From positions 7,554,470 through 7,618,469 of the forward strand of contig OZ316897.1 in the NCBI GenBank assembly GCA_973895155.1: a DNA stretch of 64,000 nt. The letters are read 5' to 3'. Position 1 is the stretch's first letter, and every line of letters starts with the position of its first letter. Shown here one piece after another: positions 38,100 to 51,330 of this stretch. Under the pieces are notes generated by a model. The model searched no databases, was not told where the DNA came from, and saw nothing but the letters and a program-made list of their open reading frames with translations. The stretch comes from Marsupella aquatica. Its lineage: Eukaryota; Plantae; Marchantiophyta. Position numbers and translations under genes: made by a program.

Positions 38100-41000
38100 C
38101 ATGAAGGGATACATTGAGGTCAATTGGTGTTTATGTCTACATCCCTAGCACCACCTCCAAGGTGCATGACACGAGCAGGAAGTGGTGGAGTGAACTTATT
38201 TGTTGTCCTACATCGCCGCCTACCATCCTTAAATTCCTTGCCTAACCTACTCAGATGCTGCCTAATAGATTCCCAAACCACTTTGCGCTTGGATGGTAGT
38301 TTACATTGTGTTGTGCCATCCTCCTCCTGCCATTCAAGAAAGTTGCTAAGTTACCGCTCTTCAATTATTTGGTTTTTCATATAGGATAGAACAGAAATTG
38401 GAACAAACAAAAACATATAGAACTTACCATATCAGTAATTATTTGAGACGAAGCTGCTTGTTCTCTTGTTTGTGTTGTCCTCAAAGCCATAGTCCTCCTT
38501 CCTCTCTTCCCGCCGTGGTAAATGTCCACAACACCTAGACGTCGCTTGGATGTAAGTCCCATAGGCCTGACAAAAGCATCCACAGGACCTATATTGTCTT
38601 TCCCTGAGAGGTGTTTAGTTTGTTCTTGGCTCTTCACTTTGTTCAAAGTAAGTTGTGTTGCCAAGAATACTTGCTCTATTAGACGGGCATCCCCTTCCAC
38701 AATGAGCAAAATCTTGTCAAACATCTGTTGCACAAATTGTCTGAGGGACCGCTCTGGGTTCTCTTTAGGCAGAACAAAAACATGAAGGCTAGATTCCATT
38801 GTTTCACAAACCGCATGAGGCTCGACTTGGCCTTCTACTTCTACATGTTCAGGTGGTGTCAGGATGTTCTCATCCGCATTCAAATGTGAGATGCCACCCA
38901 TGAGGCTACCAAACCTGGTACCTAGTAGTTGAACCAAGACAACACCTTGACAACCTCTCACTAGCAATGCCTTCAATTGGTGCCTGCACATGTTCCCTTC
39001 ATCAGCCCACTTACAACAGCATGAAGGAAAGTTTGAATATATATTGTGCACAATACTCTCCCATGAGGTTTTAAACTTTTCACAATTGCCTAATTGGGCA
39101 ATGTTGGATCAGGGAAACAGACCTGATGGTCTTTCATTCGATGCTCTACCTTGTGGAGACTATTCAAGACTATTTCCTCTTTCTTGTAGTTGATAACTAT
39201 TCCCCTTGCTTTGCACCGAATTTGGTACCAAAAGAATGGAAGCATCACTTGAAAAAGTGCATTCACAATCCGATCACTGAGGCGACGTGCTCCAATGGCC
39301 CCTATTACTCTCCTTATCATTGTTTTCAAAGTGCAATGCCAAGCTTCAATTGCACCATTTGTATTCTGGTTGGCACGGGGCATTGATCGAACAACCCTCA
39401 TCCACTTTGCTGGAATATAAGACATGCCACAACATTTAGTACCAGAGATCCAGGCGGAGCTCTGAAGTATTCCACAACTACAGAGACACGGGATATTATG
39501 CAATACAGAACAGCTACAAAGGCACACAGACTTGTGCAGTACAGAACAGCTACAAAAACATTGCGACAATAAAATACATGGCAATATATATAAATACAGT
39601 ACTTAAACCTTAGACCAAATGGACATGTTGACAACAAAGAATTTACTAAAATGGCTAGGCTACCCCAAATAGCAAACCACATACCTGTTCTGTGCATCCA
39701 AGTGTCCTCAAAATACTGCAGAAATAGCTTTTCAGAGTTGTATTTAATTTTGAAGGCATGCCACAAGGCTTGCATGTCTTCCTCAGTCTCAGCATACATT
39801 AAATCTCCAAGATAATCATTCATGTTTAGGAGCTTGGCTCTGTTGGGAACCTTCTTGATCAGATTCTCTTTCCAAGCCCTGTATGGAAGTACTTGTGAGT
39901 GAAACGGGTAGAACAGTAACAGAAAGACTCTATAAGTGATGATGATAACTAAACATGAGAATGGTGGTATGTGGTTTCAAACATACCTTCTGACATGCCA
40001 ACTAGAGAAGTATATTGGGATGTTAGGAAAAACTGCTTGTAAGGCATTAACTTCAGCTTGAGCATAGTCGATGATGAAACAACTTGGACTCCAATCAGGT
40101 TTGTTCAACAAGGCTCTGTCTTTCACAGCTTGTAAAAACGACCCAACATGTTCTGCTGACTCTGACTGTCGTATACACCATGCTATGGGTAGTCCCATTT
40201 GGTGTTCATCAAATGCAACAAGAGTAAAGAAAGGAAACTGTCATCATAACAAATGTAATATTACATGCCAAAACAGTAATGTCAGTCAATACAGAAATAA
40301 ACCAGAACAATAATGTCATTCAATACATAAATAAACCAGAACGGTAATCAAACACACGATAACATCACAAAAATGATTAAAACATAATGTAGGGAAGGGA
40401 CCAAGAGAACTGACCCCATATTTGTTAATTGCAAATGTGGAGTCCAGGGCCAAGACCGACCCATGAGACAACTTTGTCATTTGAGCAAGCTGCCAAGGTG
40501 ATTGGAGTCCAAGCATGAACTCTTGCTCTGGAGGTCCCTCCAAGTACTCATGGGAAAGAAAAACTCTTTCAGGGTAAAGGCATTTCCATTTCCGCATTGA
40601 GGCTTGGTCATTGTCATCCCATAACCACAACTCTTTGTCAATTTTCCTCTTCAGGTTTCGCAGGTCCTGTTTTGACAAAAGGTCATCTCTACCGTCAAAG
40701 CCTAGTGTGACTTCCATGTCTGTGACATTATGGCCATGATCATCACCATCCCTCTCAAATTGTGACTGGCAGTGTAGGTCATATATGTCAAGGACAGACC
40801 ACTTTGCCCTCAACAAGTCTTCTAGGTGTTTTTGCAACTCGTTGGTCAGCCATGGAGCAACACTGCACTTTGGCCCCCATGTCGGCGGCCCCATTTCACA
40901 CTCCCAAGAACCATGCACTATGTCACCTCTGAGGTCACAATGGATTCTGCAACCAAAACAATAATAACCACACACAGTTACAGTGATATTTGATGACAGA

Positions 41001-41600
41001 ATAGTAACAACATCACATAGTTTCAGTGAAGTTTGATGCCAGAACACACTCTATATCGCAAATAACTTACTGTGATATGAAGAGTACATGGTGGCAGAAC
41101 AGTAAGGCAAACTCAAACTGGAATGCAAGAACAGAGTCATAGAAGTTCATTTTGAGTCAGAAGGTAGCCTGTACCTATTACTACACATGATTTGAACAGC
41201 GTTAGGGATCATCTTGAATCTCTTTGCAATGAAGTGGCATTGACATTGATTCCTTTTTGCGTGATTGTTGAAGTTCTTTTTGCATAGACGTGGCCTGCTC
41301 CCAATTCCTGACTTTGGATGTGTTCCTTGGAGAGGAGGAACACATAGTTTGACGTTGTCTTCTTGCGGGCCATAAGAACACCAAAATATCTTATACTCTA
41401 CCCAATCTGTGTTCTCAGAATCTGATTTCTTTGAAATCCTAATGTAAAAAGATGTCTCAAATTTAGGATCTCTTTTGCCCTCCCCATCCCTAGAGTCTAT
41501 TAGGCATTCCCAAGGAATGACAGCTTGATTAAGAGTTCAAACAACTGACAATGCGGAGGACTTCCCAGGAGGTGGGTCCTGAATCACACCCCCTATCATG
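38100..41600 (-). pseudogene. MULE (MuDRA/MURA-like) DDE transposase with SWIM finger, multi-exon
   Basis: N-terminal CQCHF...H Zn module; VLALDSTFAINKYG (D); FDEHQMGLPIAW; FIIDYAQAEVNALQAVFP (D); SWHVRR; YFEDTW; TNGAIEAWH (E); SWIM CCCKWADEGNMCRH. GT-AG introns; some stops and frameshifts. Confidence 0.92.
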
Positions 41601-41816
41601 TCCATTGCAACTAGGAACTGGTCGAACGACTACACAAACATCATTGTTCTAACACGTTTTACATGGAAAGAGATGACAGAGGCAATCTGTCCCACGATCG
41701 ATGCTCCTCAATAGTGATACGCTCCACACATGCAAAAAATGCACTGCAACGTTGCCAGTAACCTGATCCTGATCTTCTCTTGCTTGGGGCAGAGGCGCCA
41801 AGTACAGAACGCTGAA

Positions 41817-42358
41817 ACCATCGTCATCGTTGCAAGGGGCAGGGTTGCACCAATCGTCACTTCCCAACCGCACGATCATCGAACCACAGCAGGCACTCAA
41901 GAAACTATTAGAAAAATTAAAAAGGTCCCCAACATTGACGATGTGTCCACATGCAGAACCATGAAGAATGTGGGTCCATCGACTGCTGTCCTCCTCACCA
42001 CGACCTAACAAAGACTTTGGAGACAAAGAAATGCAAGGCAGAACGCTCTCTCCACAGTGCAAGATCGCTACGACGACCAGAAATCGAATGAAAGTAGGAA
42101 GAACTCGCAAATGGACACTGGAGTGGGCGTTGGAGGCTAGGCATGTCCTACGCCCTAAAGACCATGAAATTTGAAATGGAAGGAAATTTTCCGTCCGTCA
42201 ACGATCATGGCAATACATTTCAAGTGTGCCAGAACGGTGATTGACGGACACGCGACTTGCGGGCAGCAGCTTTGGGATTAGTGACGGGCAGGGTACGGGG
42301 CCCCAAGAAGGTTGGGGAGCCTTAATGCGGTGTTGATTTAACCCGGTGTGGTATAGTG
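41817..42358 (-). repeat. MULE right TIR (~540 bp)
   Basis: Inverted copy of 27598-28122; ends ...ACCCGGTGTGGTATAGTG followed by the TSD. Confidence 0.93.
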
Positions 42359-45300
42359 GTATCAAGAAGTTTCATTGTGATCATCTTACCCCCATAAGAC
42401 AGATCGACTTCGAGTCCAATACTCTATCTTTGAGGGCCCTCCCACACGGTGGATCGATACGGGCCAATTTCGACCTTTGAGGGCACTCCAAAACGACTGT
42501 TCCATGCTCACAATGAGCCTACCGTCAGGCTCCCAACAGGAGGTAACAGGATCCAGGTGACTGCATCGTTGTCGCTGCTAACCTTGCAACAATGCGGCAA
42601 AACAAACTGCAAGATATGTTTCCTAGTGGGTATGCAAACTTATTTTGGAGCAATTGCAAGACATTTGATTGGGGGCCGCAGGGTGGGATGGCTAGACTGA
42701 ATGGACTCCTCTCAAGTGAGCCATGAAGATCGAACTTCTATTACATCATTTTGGCCAATGAAAACTTAGTTCGATGCAATTAACATTTGATATGGGGCAA
42801 CAGGGACCACAGGTGGGACAAGCTAGACTGAATGGACTCGTCTCAAGTGCGCCATGGATTCGTCTCAAGTGCGCCATGAAGATGGAATTTCTGTTGCATT
42901 ACCGTGGCCAGATCGACTTGAAAACTTCCCATCAACTCTTAGCTGAGAAGATAGAAATTCCTTAAATTTTGTACCTCTCGCTCTCACCAAACCGTATCAA
43001 ATGTCAGGACACGGCTTGAAACTCTCGTCAGCATTTTTAGCAAAACAAGTGTAACTGCTGTAGCAAATTATTCTGACAAAGTTATTGCTTGATGTCATGA
43101 CTGGACTTATTCATCCAGTACACAATTCTGGTAGAAAAAATTCCAAAGGAAACTTGATGAGCTATCTCAGCATCAAGGTGCTGAACGACGAAGTTCGTGT
43201 CAAAGAAATGGATCGACCTGAAAGCGTACCCAGGCAGTGAAATGACAGCACCGCAGGACACTGCTGTGCATGTCCCCGAGAATGTTCTTGTGGCACAAAA
43301 GGCACCGGTCCAGTGCTATTCCTCTCATGGGAAGTATAGACTACCCATAGCAGACCCATCAATAACGATGTGGAGAGGCCAGATATTGATTTCAAAATTT
43401 CAAATCGACAAAGATTGTGCCTCGAAATTAATTCCATCCCAATTTCATGCAGGCATGTCCAAGAACAAAGAACTAACTATGCCCACAACAGCCCCCGACT
43501 GCCCATACCTGTTTGTCCATAGTTAACATACGTGTGGCCATAGTGCTGCTTTCATTCGGCTATACAGCCAGTTCCGATCTTCCCGGTTCCACCCAAATCG
43601 TCGCATTTGATTCCCCTACTGCCGTTTCTGTTTTTCTCCCCTTTCATGTATATTTCCTAACTCCGAAGCAAAAAGTTGTTACCATCCTTCCGAGCACTAA
43701 GGAATAAATTAAGATATATTTACAGCGTAATTCATCTCTCGTACAATATCGACTGCTGCCTCTTTTCCCAAATAAAGACTTCACTATCTAATGCACTCGA
43801 CGGGATGGTAAGGTCGCCAATGATACTCCAAGCTGGACTACCTCTTTTCAACGCTATGATCGAGAATCTCTTCATCGTGATGGCATTTTCCTAGGAGTCT
43901 GAAATTGCTGAAATTAAATCGATGACGGAGCTTGAAGCTCATATGTTTAAAATTTGAGTCCGAAAGAAAGAACCAAAAACAGTTAGTACTGTTTGCACAA
44001 AATTGATTCCCACTTCGATCTAGGGTAGAATAAAATTAACAAACATGGACACATTTCCGAAGATAAAACTCAGATTGGGGAAGGTCGTACCACATCCTGA
44101 CTCCCTTTGCAAGCACCTCGCTTTGATCAGGGGCAGCAAGCAATATGAAAGCGGAAAGCGGAAAACCACTTTGAGCATATTGAAAGGGTCGGTGTACATC
44201 AAATACGCCACTAAGATTGACTTCCTCCGTCGGGTTTACTGGCAAATTTTGACATTTCGATAAACAAAAGTTTAAGAAGAGAGGTACACTTCGCGAAAGA
44301 AATTGTTCTTCGTTTCTCCCCAAATATCTTTGAACTCAGATATAGGATGACTAATCCACTTTCTCCTTCCTGTCAAGTCAGAATCCCAATAAGCATCCTT
44401 GCAATCATCATCGTCTCTCCACACCTGTAGACCCTGAATGATATCTGGATGTATTTCCAATGAGTAAACCCTAATGACCATTCGAAAGCCAATCGGACCA
44501 AAACTTCACATAGGTTCACCCGACCTAGGGTCAATTTTACTGGAATTGACTTCTCCTCGTTGAGCTCTACTGCTTCTTCGGTCAATACTCGCAATGCCTG
44601 TGTGTCTGAAGGCAGTACCTTCGGACGTCCATCCTCAACATATTAGCAGGCTTTCCTGCTCGATGTACTCGCAGAATCTTTAATATGGCAATAATTCGCT
44701 ATTCCGAGTCAACCCAATGCCGAACCACCGGTTGCATTATTTCACGAAAATCTTTTCCACGACTATCTCTGTTACAGACCTGGCCGCCGAGAAATCCCAT
44801 TTGAGCTGCTGCTACTGTGTCGTCATTGAGGTCAAATTAATCTAAATAATCTTGTTCTGTGCCATCGTGTGTGGCTTATAACTTAAACCCTGACGAGACA
44901 GGGGAACAAGTACATACTAGAATATTATCTAGCGTCAACTTCCTTCACGGTGATTCAATCGAGGTCCACAAAATTGCAGTAAACCCAATGCGTCAATGCC
45001 AAAGTATTAGACACTATATCCTACGTTAAGACGAATCCTGAAGATGAACGCTCAATATGCTGAATTGCAGTAAATAATGTGCGCAACTCTCGCCATCGAG
45101 GACGCACTGCGCGACGTCCGAATGCCTCCGGGGTTTGAAAAAGGAGCTCAGTGATCCAGAATGCCCTAGCCGGGAACGCACGCAGTGTCTAGAACTAGTT
45201 CCCAAGGCCGCCCAAGGCAAGGTAAGGAAGACGCTTCCTACGACCATCAACATACATTGGCTATATATACGGGAGCCTTTGTGGTGTGAATACAATTTGG

Positions 45301-45376
45301 TGTGGGCACAATTTTGTATCAGCTTTCCAATAGATACGCAGTTGCGGGGTCTTACCAAATCGCAAAGCGCAAGCAC

Positions 45377-45829
45377 TCAAAAGCAACAATCGCAGTCGAA
45401 GGGGCAGAGTGGTGTGCCACCAGCTTCCTTCTTGTTCCATTTCAGTTCATCCTCCCCATAAACTGTCAATCCGTCCGCAGTCTTCTTCCGAGGTTTGCTC
45501 AAACCAGGCTCTGCTGCTGACGATGATTTCCGATCTTTACCGTCTCCCTTCGATTGCTTCCCAGCCTTCACCTTCCCACCTTCGTCGACAGTAGAAGATG
45601 TCGTTCTCTTCACCTTTTTCTTCTTTCGCGTAGAACTTCGAGACCCCATGCCGTCATCTTCAGCAAGTATCTCCTGATTTTCCGTCACAAGATTCCTCTT
45701 TTTCTTCCCAAAGATTGCGTCAATCTCGTTCTCCTTGGACGCCTTTTCTGAAGCATGTTGCGGCTTTACTTCTGCAGAATCAAGACCTTCATTCTTCTTC
45801 TCAGAGGGTACTTTCTTTGTCAGACCCAT
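45377..45829 (-). CDS. DUF1764-family protein, 150 aa, intronless host gene
   Basis: Intact ORF with EIDAIFG, a lysine-rich middle and the diagnostic C-terminus RKKTADGLTVYGEDELKW...GGTPLCPFDCDCCF. CpG-rich, unlike the flanking TEs. Confidence 0.93.
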   Translation of the reverse strand: MGLTKKVPSEKKNEGLDSAEVKPQHASEKASKENEIDAIFGKKKRNLVTENQEILAEDDGMGSRSSTRKKKKVKRTTSSTVDEGGKVKAGKQSKGDGKDRKSSSAAEPGLSKPRKKTADGLTVYGEDELKWNKKEAGGTPLCPFDCDCCF

Positions 45830-45990
45830 GCTTGGAGATGAGTCTCAACGCCGAAAACGAACCCGTAAATTGCAACAATCAACGACGGTTGATTTCGATT
45901 GCAGCACCTACGCATATGGGTCCATGCAGCCGCACGAAAGCCCACATAAGACTTTCCCGAGTACATTTGCCATGCGCACATTCACGCAAT

Positions 45991-45999
45991 AAACCCTAA
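45991..45999. promoter_or_regulatory. Telo-box (AAACCCTAA) upstream of the DUF1764 gene
   Basis: AAACCCTAA ~160 bp upstream of the ATG, with GGGCC at ~46048. The pair is typical of plant translation/ribosome-biogenesis gene promoters. Confidence 0.5.
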
Positions 46000-47750
46000 A
46001 CCTCCACCTCTACCAAAATTACACAGGGGAGGAAGAGCAGAGTAGACGGGGCCAAATGATTCCCTGTCATCGAGCACTGCCTCGCCTTAGCTTAGCTGGC
46101 CGTCTGCCCACATAGTACATCGACCGCTGGATAAGTGCACCATATACAAGTGCAATAGCACGAGTAGAGTTTCTTCCCTAAAATTTCTTGTGGAAATTGC
46201 AACTTTATTGCACTTTTTTACAAATGAGTTTTAATTACATTGCCACTATAATGTTCTCATTTACAACAATTGCTTTTCGGTAATTCATTGTTTTTAGTGT
46301 ATTTCAGGAATGTCATGCTTTATATATACACTTACGACCACAATATTTAGCCAAGCAGCATGATCTGATCTGACCCGAGGTTGAACATTTTGGTCGGTTC
46401 TTCAAAATAATTTTTTCCTTTTTCAATTTTTCTAAATTGCTAGTAAATGGAATTTTCCCTCTATTTTCCACTCTTGAGACTATAGTAACACTAGTTCATG
46501 TGTGCAGAAATAGTGCAAAACCTAGTGAGACTACTCACACTAATTATGGTGAACAGTGTAAGTGCTTTTGATACACCAAAATGTGACTTGTTTACACAAG
46601 AAGATAAAATATTTGTGATATACATTGAAAAATGGTCCATGATCTAGTGGTTTAACTGAGTTGTTTGTCAAAATTATGGTCCATCCCACCTTGATTTCTT
46701 TTTTGTTTATCTATACTTGACTTTTGAAAGTCTATTTATGGACCCCCACTTCCAAAATCTCTAGCACCACGTTGAGCCACATCATTAGGTCCAGTCACAA
46801 ACAGGACTAAACAGTTATAGTCAGTAACTATAAAAAAAATCAAAAAACAGAAAAGTAGATTTTATAGCAACAAACAATTGGGTAAAACAAAGTTACCATT
46901 TTGATGTGTCGTCAGTGATATATCAGTGTTCTACATCAAGTTCTTGTATTTTGTAGTTCTTTGAAAGTTTTTGAAAAAACAAACTGATAGAAATACAAAT
47001 AGTTAGAACCCCTTGGACAGTTTAAAACAAAATAATCAATCTCTTGTGCTAAATACTTAGAAGCATTCTAGAAAATGGAACATTGAGAATGAGCCTAACA
47101 TTCATTTCATTGGCAGATTTTGTCATTACTAACAAGATCATGGGCCCTCAATCCATTTGGTTCCCATGAGTTTGAGAAATGGGTTCAGGGCCATTTGGAC
47201 TCATACTTCCAAGTTATTCAGAGGACTAATAAAAAAAACTAGAGATGGCGCTCCCATATTGGAATCGGGATTGAAATGTTTGGGTTGGGTTCATAATTAG
47301 ACAATGATATGGAGATGAGTAGGAGATATATAATGAATTGCAACATGGAAAGAATCCAAGATTGAAGATGATCTAGGCCCTTAGCTTCACTGATCATGAA
47401 GGTACAAACAATTCAAAAGCAGGGCGAAGTGGCAAGATGAGCACTAGTATAGAGATCTGAATTCCTTCATTTTCCAAGTTGCTCCAAGACCCCACACACG
47501 TTGTTCACATAATCATAGGTGGTCATGTACTAGGACTCATACAACAAGACACATAACTTTGATATAACACTTGAAAATATTTCCAAGTACTTGTCTCTCA
47601 TTGAATTTAAGAATTGTTATAGGGAGATGGGGTCCACGATCTAATTGGGATGGAAGTGTATATATAGGGCCCATGAAAGTAAGAGATCTTGTTTTGCAAA
47701 ACATACAGGGAGGTGTCGATCTATTGTAGTGTAACTCTCATGAGTACTTG

Positions 47751-48342
47751 CTTGGGGGTTTTACTTCCAACAAATTGACACATCAGGTGCGACAAAGAAT
47801 AAGGTTATTTTATTGGTTCTAGGAAAAGACTTCAGATTTTTTGTGGACAAATATTAGGGTTTTTCAAATCCAATTTCAAGTGTTGTAAGAACATTAGGGT
47901 CTTTTAAATCAATTTTTGACCTATTCTAAGAACATTCCAACTTCAAAGGGGTAGAATTTAAAAATTCTTACATTGTAGGGGGTCCTCGGGGGTCTCACTA
48001 TATGGGAACCTCCCCATCACCTGTGACATTTTTAGACCTCGAACCCCCTAAAATGTAAGAAAAAAATTATTTTAACCCTTATAAAGTTGGAATATTTTTG
48101 GAATATTCTAAAAATTAGATTAAAAAGACCCTAATGTTCTTATAAGTCTCAAAATTGAATTTAAAAGACCCTATTGTTCTTCTAGACAAAAATTCTTAAG
48201 TCTTCCCTTAGAACCAATAAAATGACCATATCCTTCGTCGCACGTGATATGCCATTTTTGTGGAAGTGAAAGCCCCGAGAGGGGGTCTAAGTCTTAAACA
48301 TATCACAAGTGATGGGGGGCTCTATATAGTGAGAACTTCGAG
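47751..48342 (-). mobile_element. MITE (CTCGGGG...CCCCGAG family), outer copy, 8-bp TSD
   Basis: Termini CTTGGGGG / CTTCGAG; TSD AGTACTTG (47743-47750) / AGTGCTTG (48343-48350). Split by an inverted copy of itself. Confidence 0.85.
47985..48279 (+). mobile_element. Same MITE family, inner copy (295 bp) in the opposite orientation
   Basis: Termini CTCGGGGG / CCCCGAG; perfect 8-bp TSD AGGGGGTC (47977-47984 / 48280-48287). Confidence 0.9.
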
Positions 48343-48867
48343 AGTGCTTGAAGTAATTCTATGTGTTAGATGCATATATCTTTAATGTCAATGTGATTGT
48401 ATGTCTAATATTGATTAGGTGTCACAGAAACTACATAGAACATATTTAGAACTTTGCACTAGAACTATATCAAGGCCCAAAATGATTGTTGTGATCTTGT
48501 GCACATGTACAAATCATAGTCTAAAATGGTAAAAGAAACTACTCGCATTTGCAAGACCAATGGACCTAGGCATGCTCAAATACTTTTAGCAGCAAGGCAA
48601 TGCTTGGTCAATTTTAGTAATGGCCATGCTTTTTGGCTATAAAGCAATGGACTCATTCTTGACAACTGAGTTGACAACCCATACCCGACTCATTGTAGTA
48701 GTGGGCCATGCTCCGCTAAAATACTTCGAGGACCCCTTGGTTATGTAAGCTTGTTTTATTGAACTATTTGGAGTCATGAAGAGTTGCACATTGGAATAGA
48801 TAAATGAGAGGAAAAATGGAGGATTCTAAATAAAGTGAATTTTAAAGGTATTTAGGATAATTTCATT

Positions 48868-48997
48868 TATTTATTTATTTTTAAGAGAATAGTTGTGAAA
48901 CCCCACATAAAGGGAAGAGTCAGCCACAATAGTTGAACCTAAGACCTATCAGTCTCAACTCAAGTGATCTACCACAAAGTCATGCCTCTTAGGGCAG
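48868..48997 (-). mobile_element. tRNA-derived SINE (~130 bp)
   Basis: Minus strand has box A-like TGACTTTGTGG, box B-like GGTTCAACT and an (AAAT)n tail. 16-bp TSD TTAGGA(T/C)AATTTCATT (48852-48867 / 48998-49013). Confidence 0.8.
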
Positions 48998-51330
48998 TTA
49001 GGACAATTTCATTGAAGACAAATAAGAGAACGTTCCTAGTAATACAGAGAGCACTTCTCCTTGCCTTAGTACCTCTATGTCTATACAATACATGTAAAAT
49101 TCCATATAGTTCATACAAAATTAATATTATTTTGTCCATAATAGTTGAAAGGTTTTAGAATCTCTTGGTATTCCTCTACCCATAGTAGTTATGGTGTTTC
49201 TTACCTTTGCTTGTTACTCCTCTATCCATAGTAGCCAAACGGTTTCTTAAACCCGGTTCTTAATTTACCTTGGTAAATGTTAGAGAAGTTCAAGCGTTTC
49301 TGGAGTTTCTTATGTTACCTTGGGAAATGTTAGGGTAGTTGAAAAGTTTCTTTCTACTTGTCATTATTTCAAAAATGTGTAAATTAAATAAAAAATTGAA
49401 ACAGATCTATTACAAGAAAACACTGATATATCAATCACAACTCATCCAAAGATTATTTTCTTTCACCCCTATTTTTACACTTTTCTTTGTTGACTTGAAA
49501 TGTTACTTTTCAATTTTCATTGTCTTCACAATTACAAGGTCTAACTATTTTTCTTTGTCTTGTTTCAAACACAAATAGTCAAATTTGGTTCTTCTTGCAT
49601 AACTAACAGTTCTTGTTTGTGACAATTCATGCTGATATGGTTGCATGTGCATCCAGGATTTCTGGAAGTAACTTCCCATGGGGGTCCGTAATACTTTCTA
49701 GCAAGGGACACATGTAGGCTCAATGACCCATCCCTTTGGCAACTAAGCAATGTCATTCTTGGCTACTTTTAGAAATGGACCAATGCTCGGCTTTCCTAGT
49801 AGTGGAGCCCAGCTTGTTGACCCTTTCTTGGCTAATTCAAGCAGGCCTGTGCTTGACTAATTTTTGTATTCAATGCAAGCTCAACTAACTTTAGTCTTGA
49901 AGCCATGTTTGGCTAATTTTAATAGTGGGTCCATGTTTGGTACATGTGACATCAAAAGTTCATTCCGGAGTTCATTGGAGGCGTTAATTACAATCACAAA
50001 AGTGGATTGTATATCCATTTGATATCCAAATTGTTAGATATCAAACAAGCCCTATGCCCGTGCGTTGCACAACACAAAGAGGGCCAGTCCAGAGGGAGTT
50101 GGGTTGGGGCATTTATGGGGCAGTGGGAAACACATATGTGCTAGGGGTGCACATTCCTCCATCAGTGGTCAGGGAAAACAGTCAATTGAATCCAACGGAA
50201 ATGGATCTTTCCCGCCCAGCCTGAGCTTTTTTGTATTGGGACGAAGGACAAAAAAATGTAGGATCCCTTACTATAGGTTGTAGATTGACAAACATTTTGG
50301 GTATAGATCAACATCGTTTTTGCATTACATGTATATACCATTAATGTCAATATAATTGTATGTCCAATAGTTACATTAACACTGTTGATGGGTGTTATAG
50401 AAAGACATCAAACAGATAAATAAATTTACACTCATCTATTCGACATTTGATAAACATCAAAATGATCCAAAATGATGTGTGATGTAGTCTAATTAGACTC
50501 ATCCCTTATTGTACATGTTAGAGATAACATTTGCCCACAGGCCTCTAGTCTCTATGGGCCCAAATTTTCTTTTGAACAACTTTTTCTGTGACTTCAATAA
50601 TGTTACGTGGGTTGTTAAATGGGCCACCCAGGGTATGCATGTGGAAAATATGTTAGAGAGACCAAGTATGGGCATGGATGTATGTGTGTGCGCGCCATTA
50701 GCAATTCAGTCATTTGTGATGAGACCAAAAGTTCATCTTGGTCCTAGTGTTTTAGGAAAGTACTAGAACTAGAATTAACTAGGTTATAGGTGGGTCGCAC
50801 ATAATTGAACCAGAATGAACAAAACTACTGTACTTCACTTCATTTGATTGGTTACATTGATACTTTGACAGTTGTGCTAGCCTCATCACCCATCATCAAT
50901 CAATCAACTACTTGTAGTAAAGTATACTGCTAAAATCACTCCCATCATCTCTTTACAAACTCGATAAAAAGAGAACAAGACATTGCCCAAAACATTGTAG
51001 TGACATGGATTCCACCTTTTTGACACCTTTGGATTGCTGAAAGGGGATGCCCATTCAAGGGATATACTTGGTTCTACAATTTGTACAAGATACCATAATG
51101 CCATCAAGAATAGTGCACCTTCTTGAGCAAATAATCAAACAAATTGTGATGACCTAAAGTGCATCGACAGGTTTTTTTATATTACGCTCATCATGAATTT
51201 CTTTTTGGGGGAACTCCTTTGCTCCCTAAGTTGGCAGATTCTCAGGCAGCATTTGGGATGAAATTCACCCTCACACATCTTATTTGGCTAGGACGCATGC
51301 CCCTGTCAAGGACCTTTGTCTATTGACACC

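Larger units (their letters stand above)
27598..42358. mobile_element. Mutator-like element (MULE), two-gene, with a nested Copia
   Basis: Long TIRs 27598-28122 / 41817-42358, 9-bp TSD GTATCAAGA (27589-27597 / 42359-42367), and an internal MULE transposase. Confidence 0.92.

Noticed and set aside
41649-42174. ORFs in the TIRs (mirrored at 27772-28191)
   Set aside because: They are chance frames duplicated by the inverted repeat and have no recognisable domain.
42341-42358. CACTA element suggested by the CACTA-reading right terminus
   Set aside because: The 9-bp TSD, ~530-bp TIRs and MULE/SWIM transposase identify it as Mutator-like.
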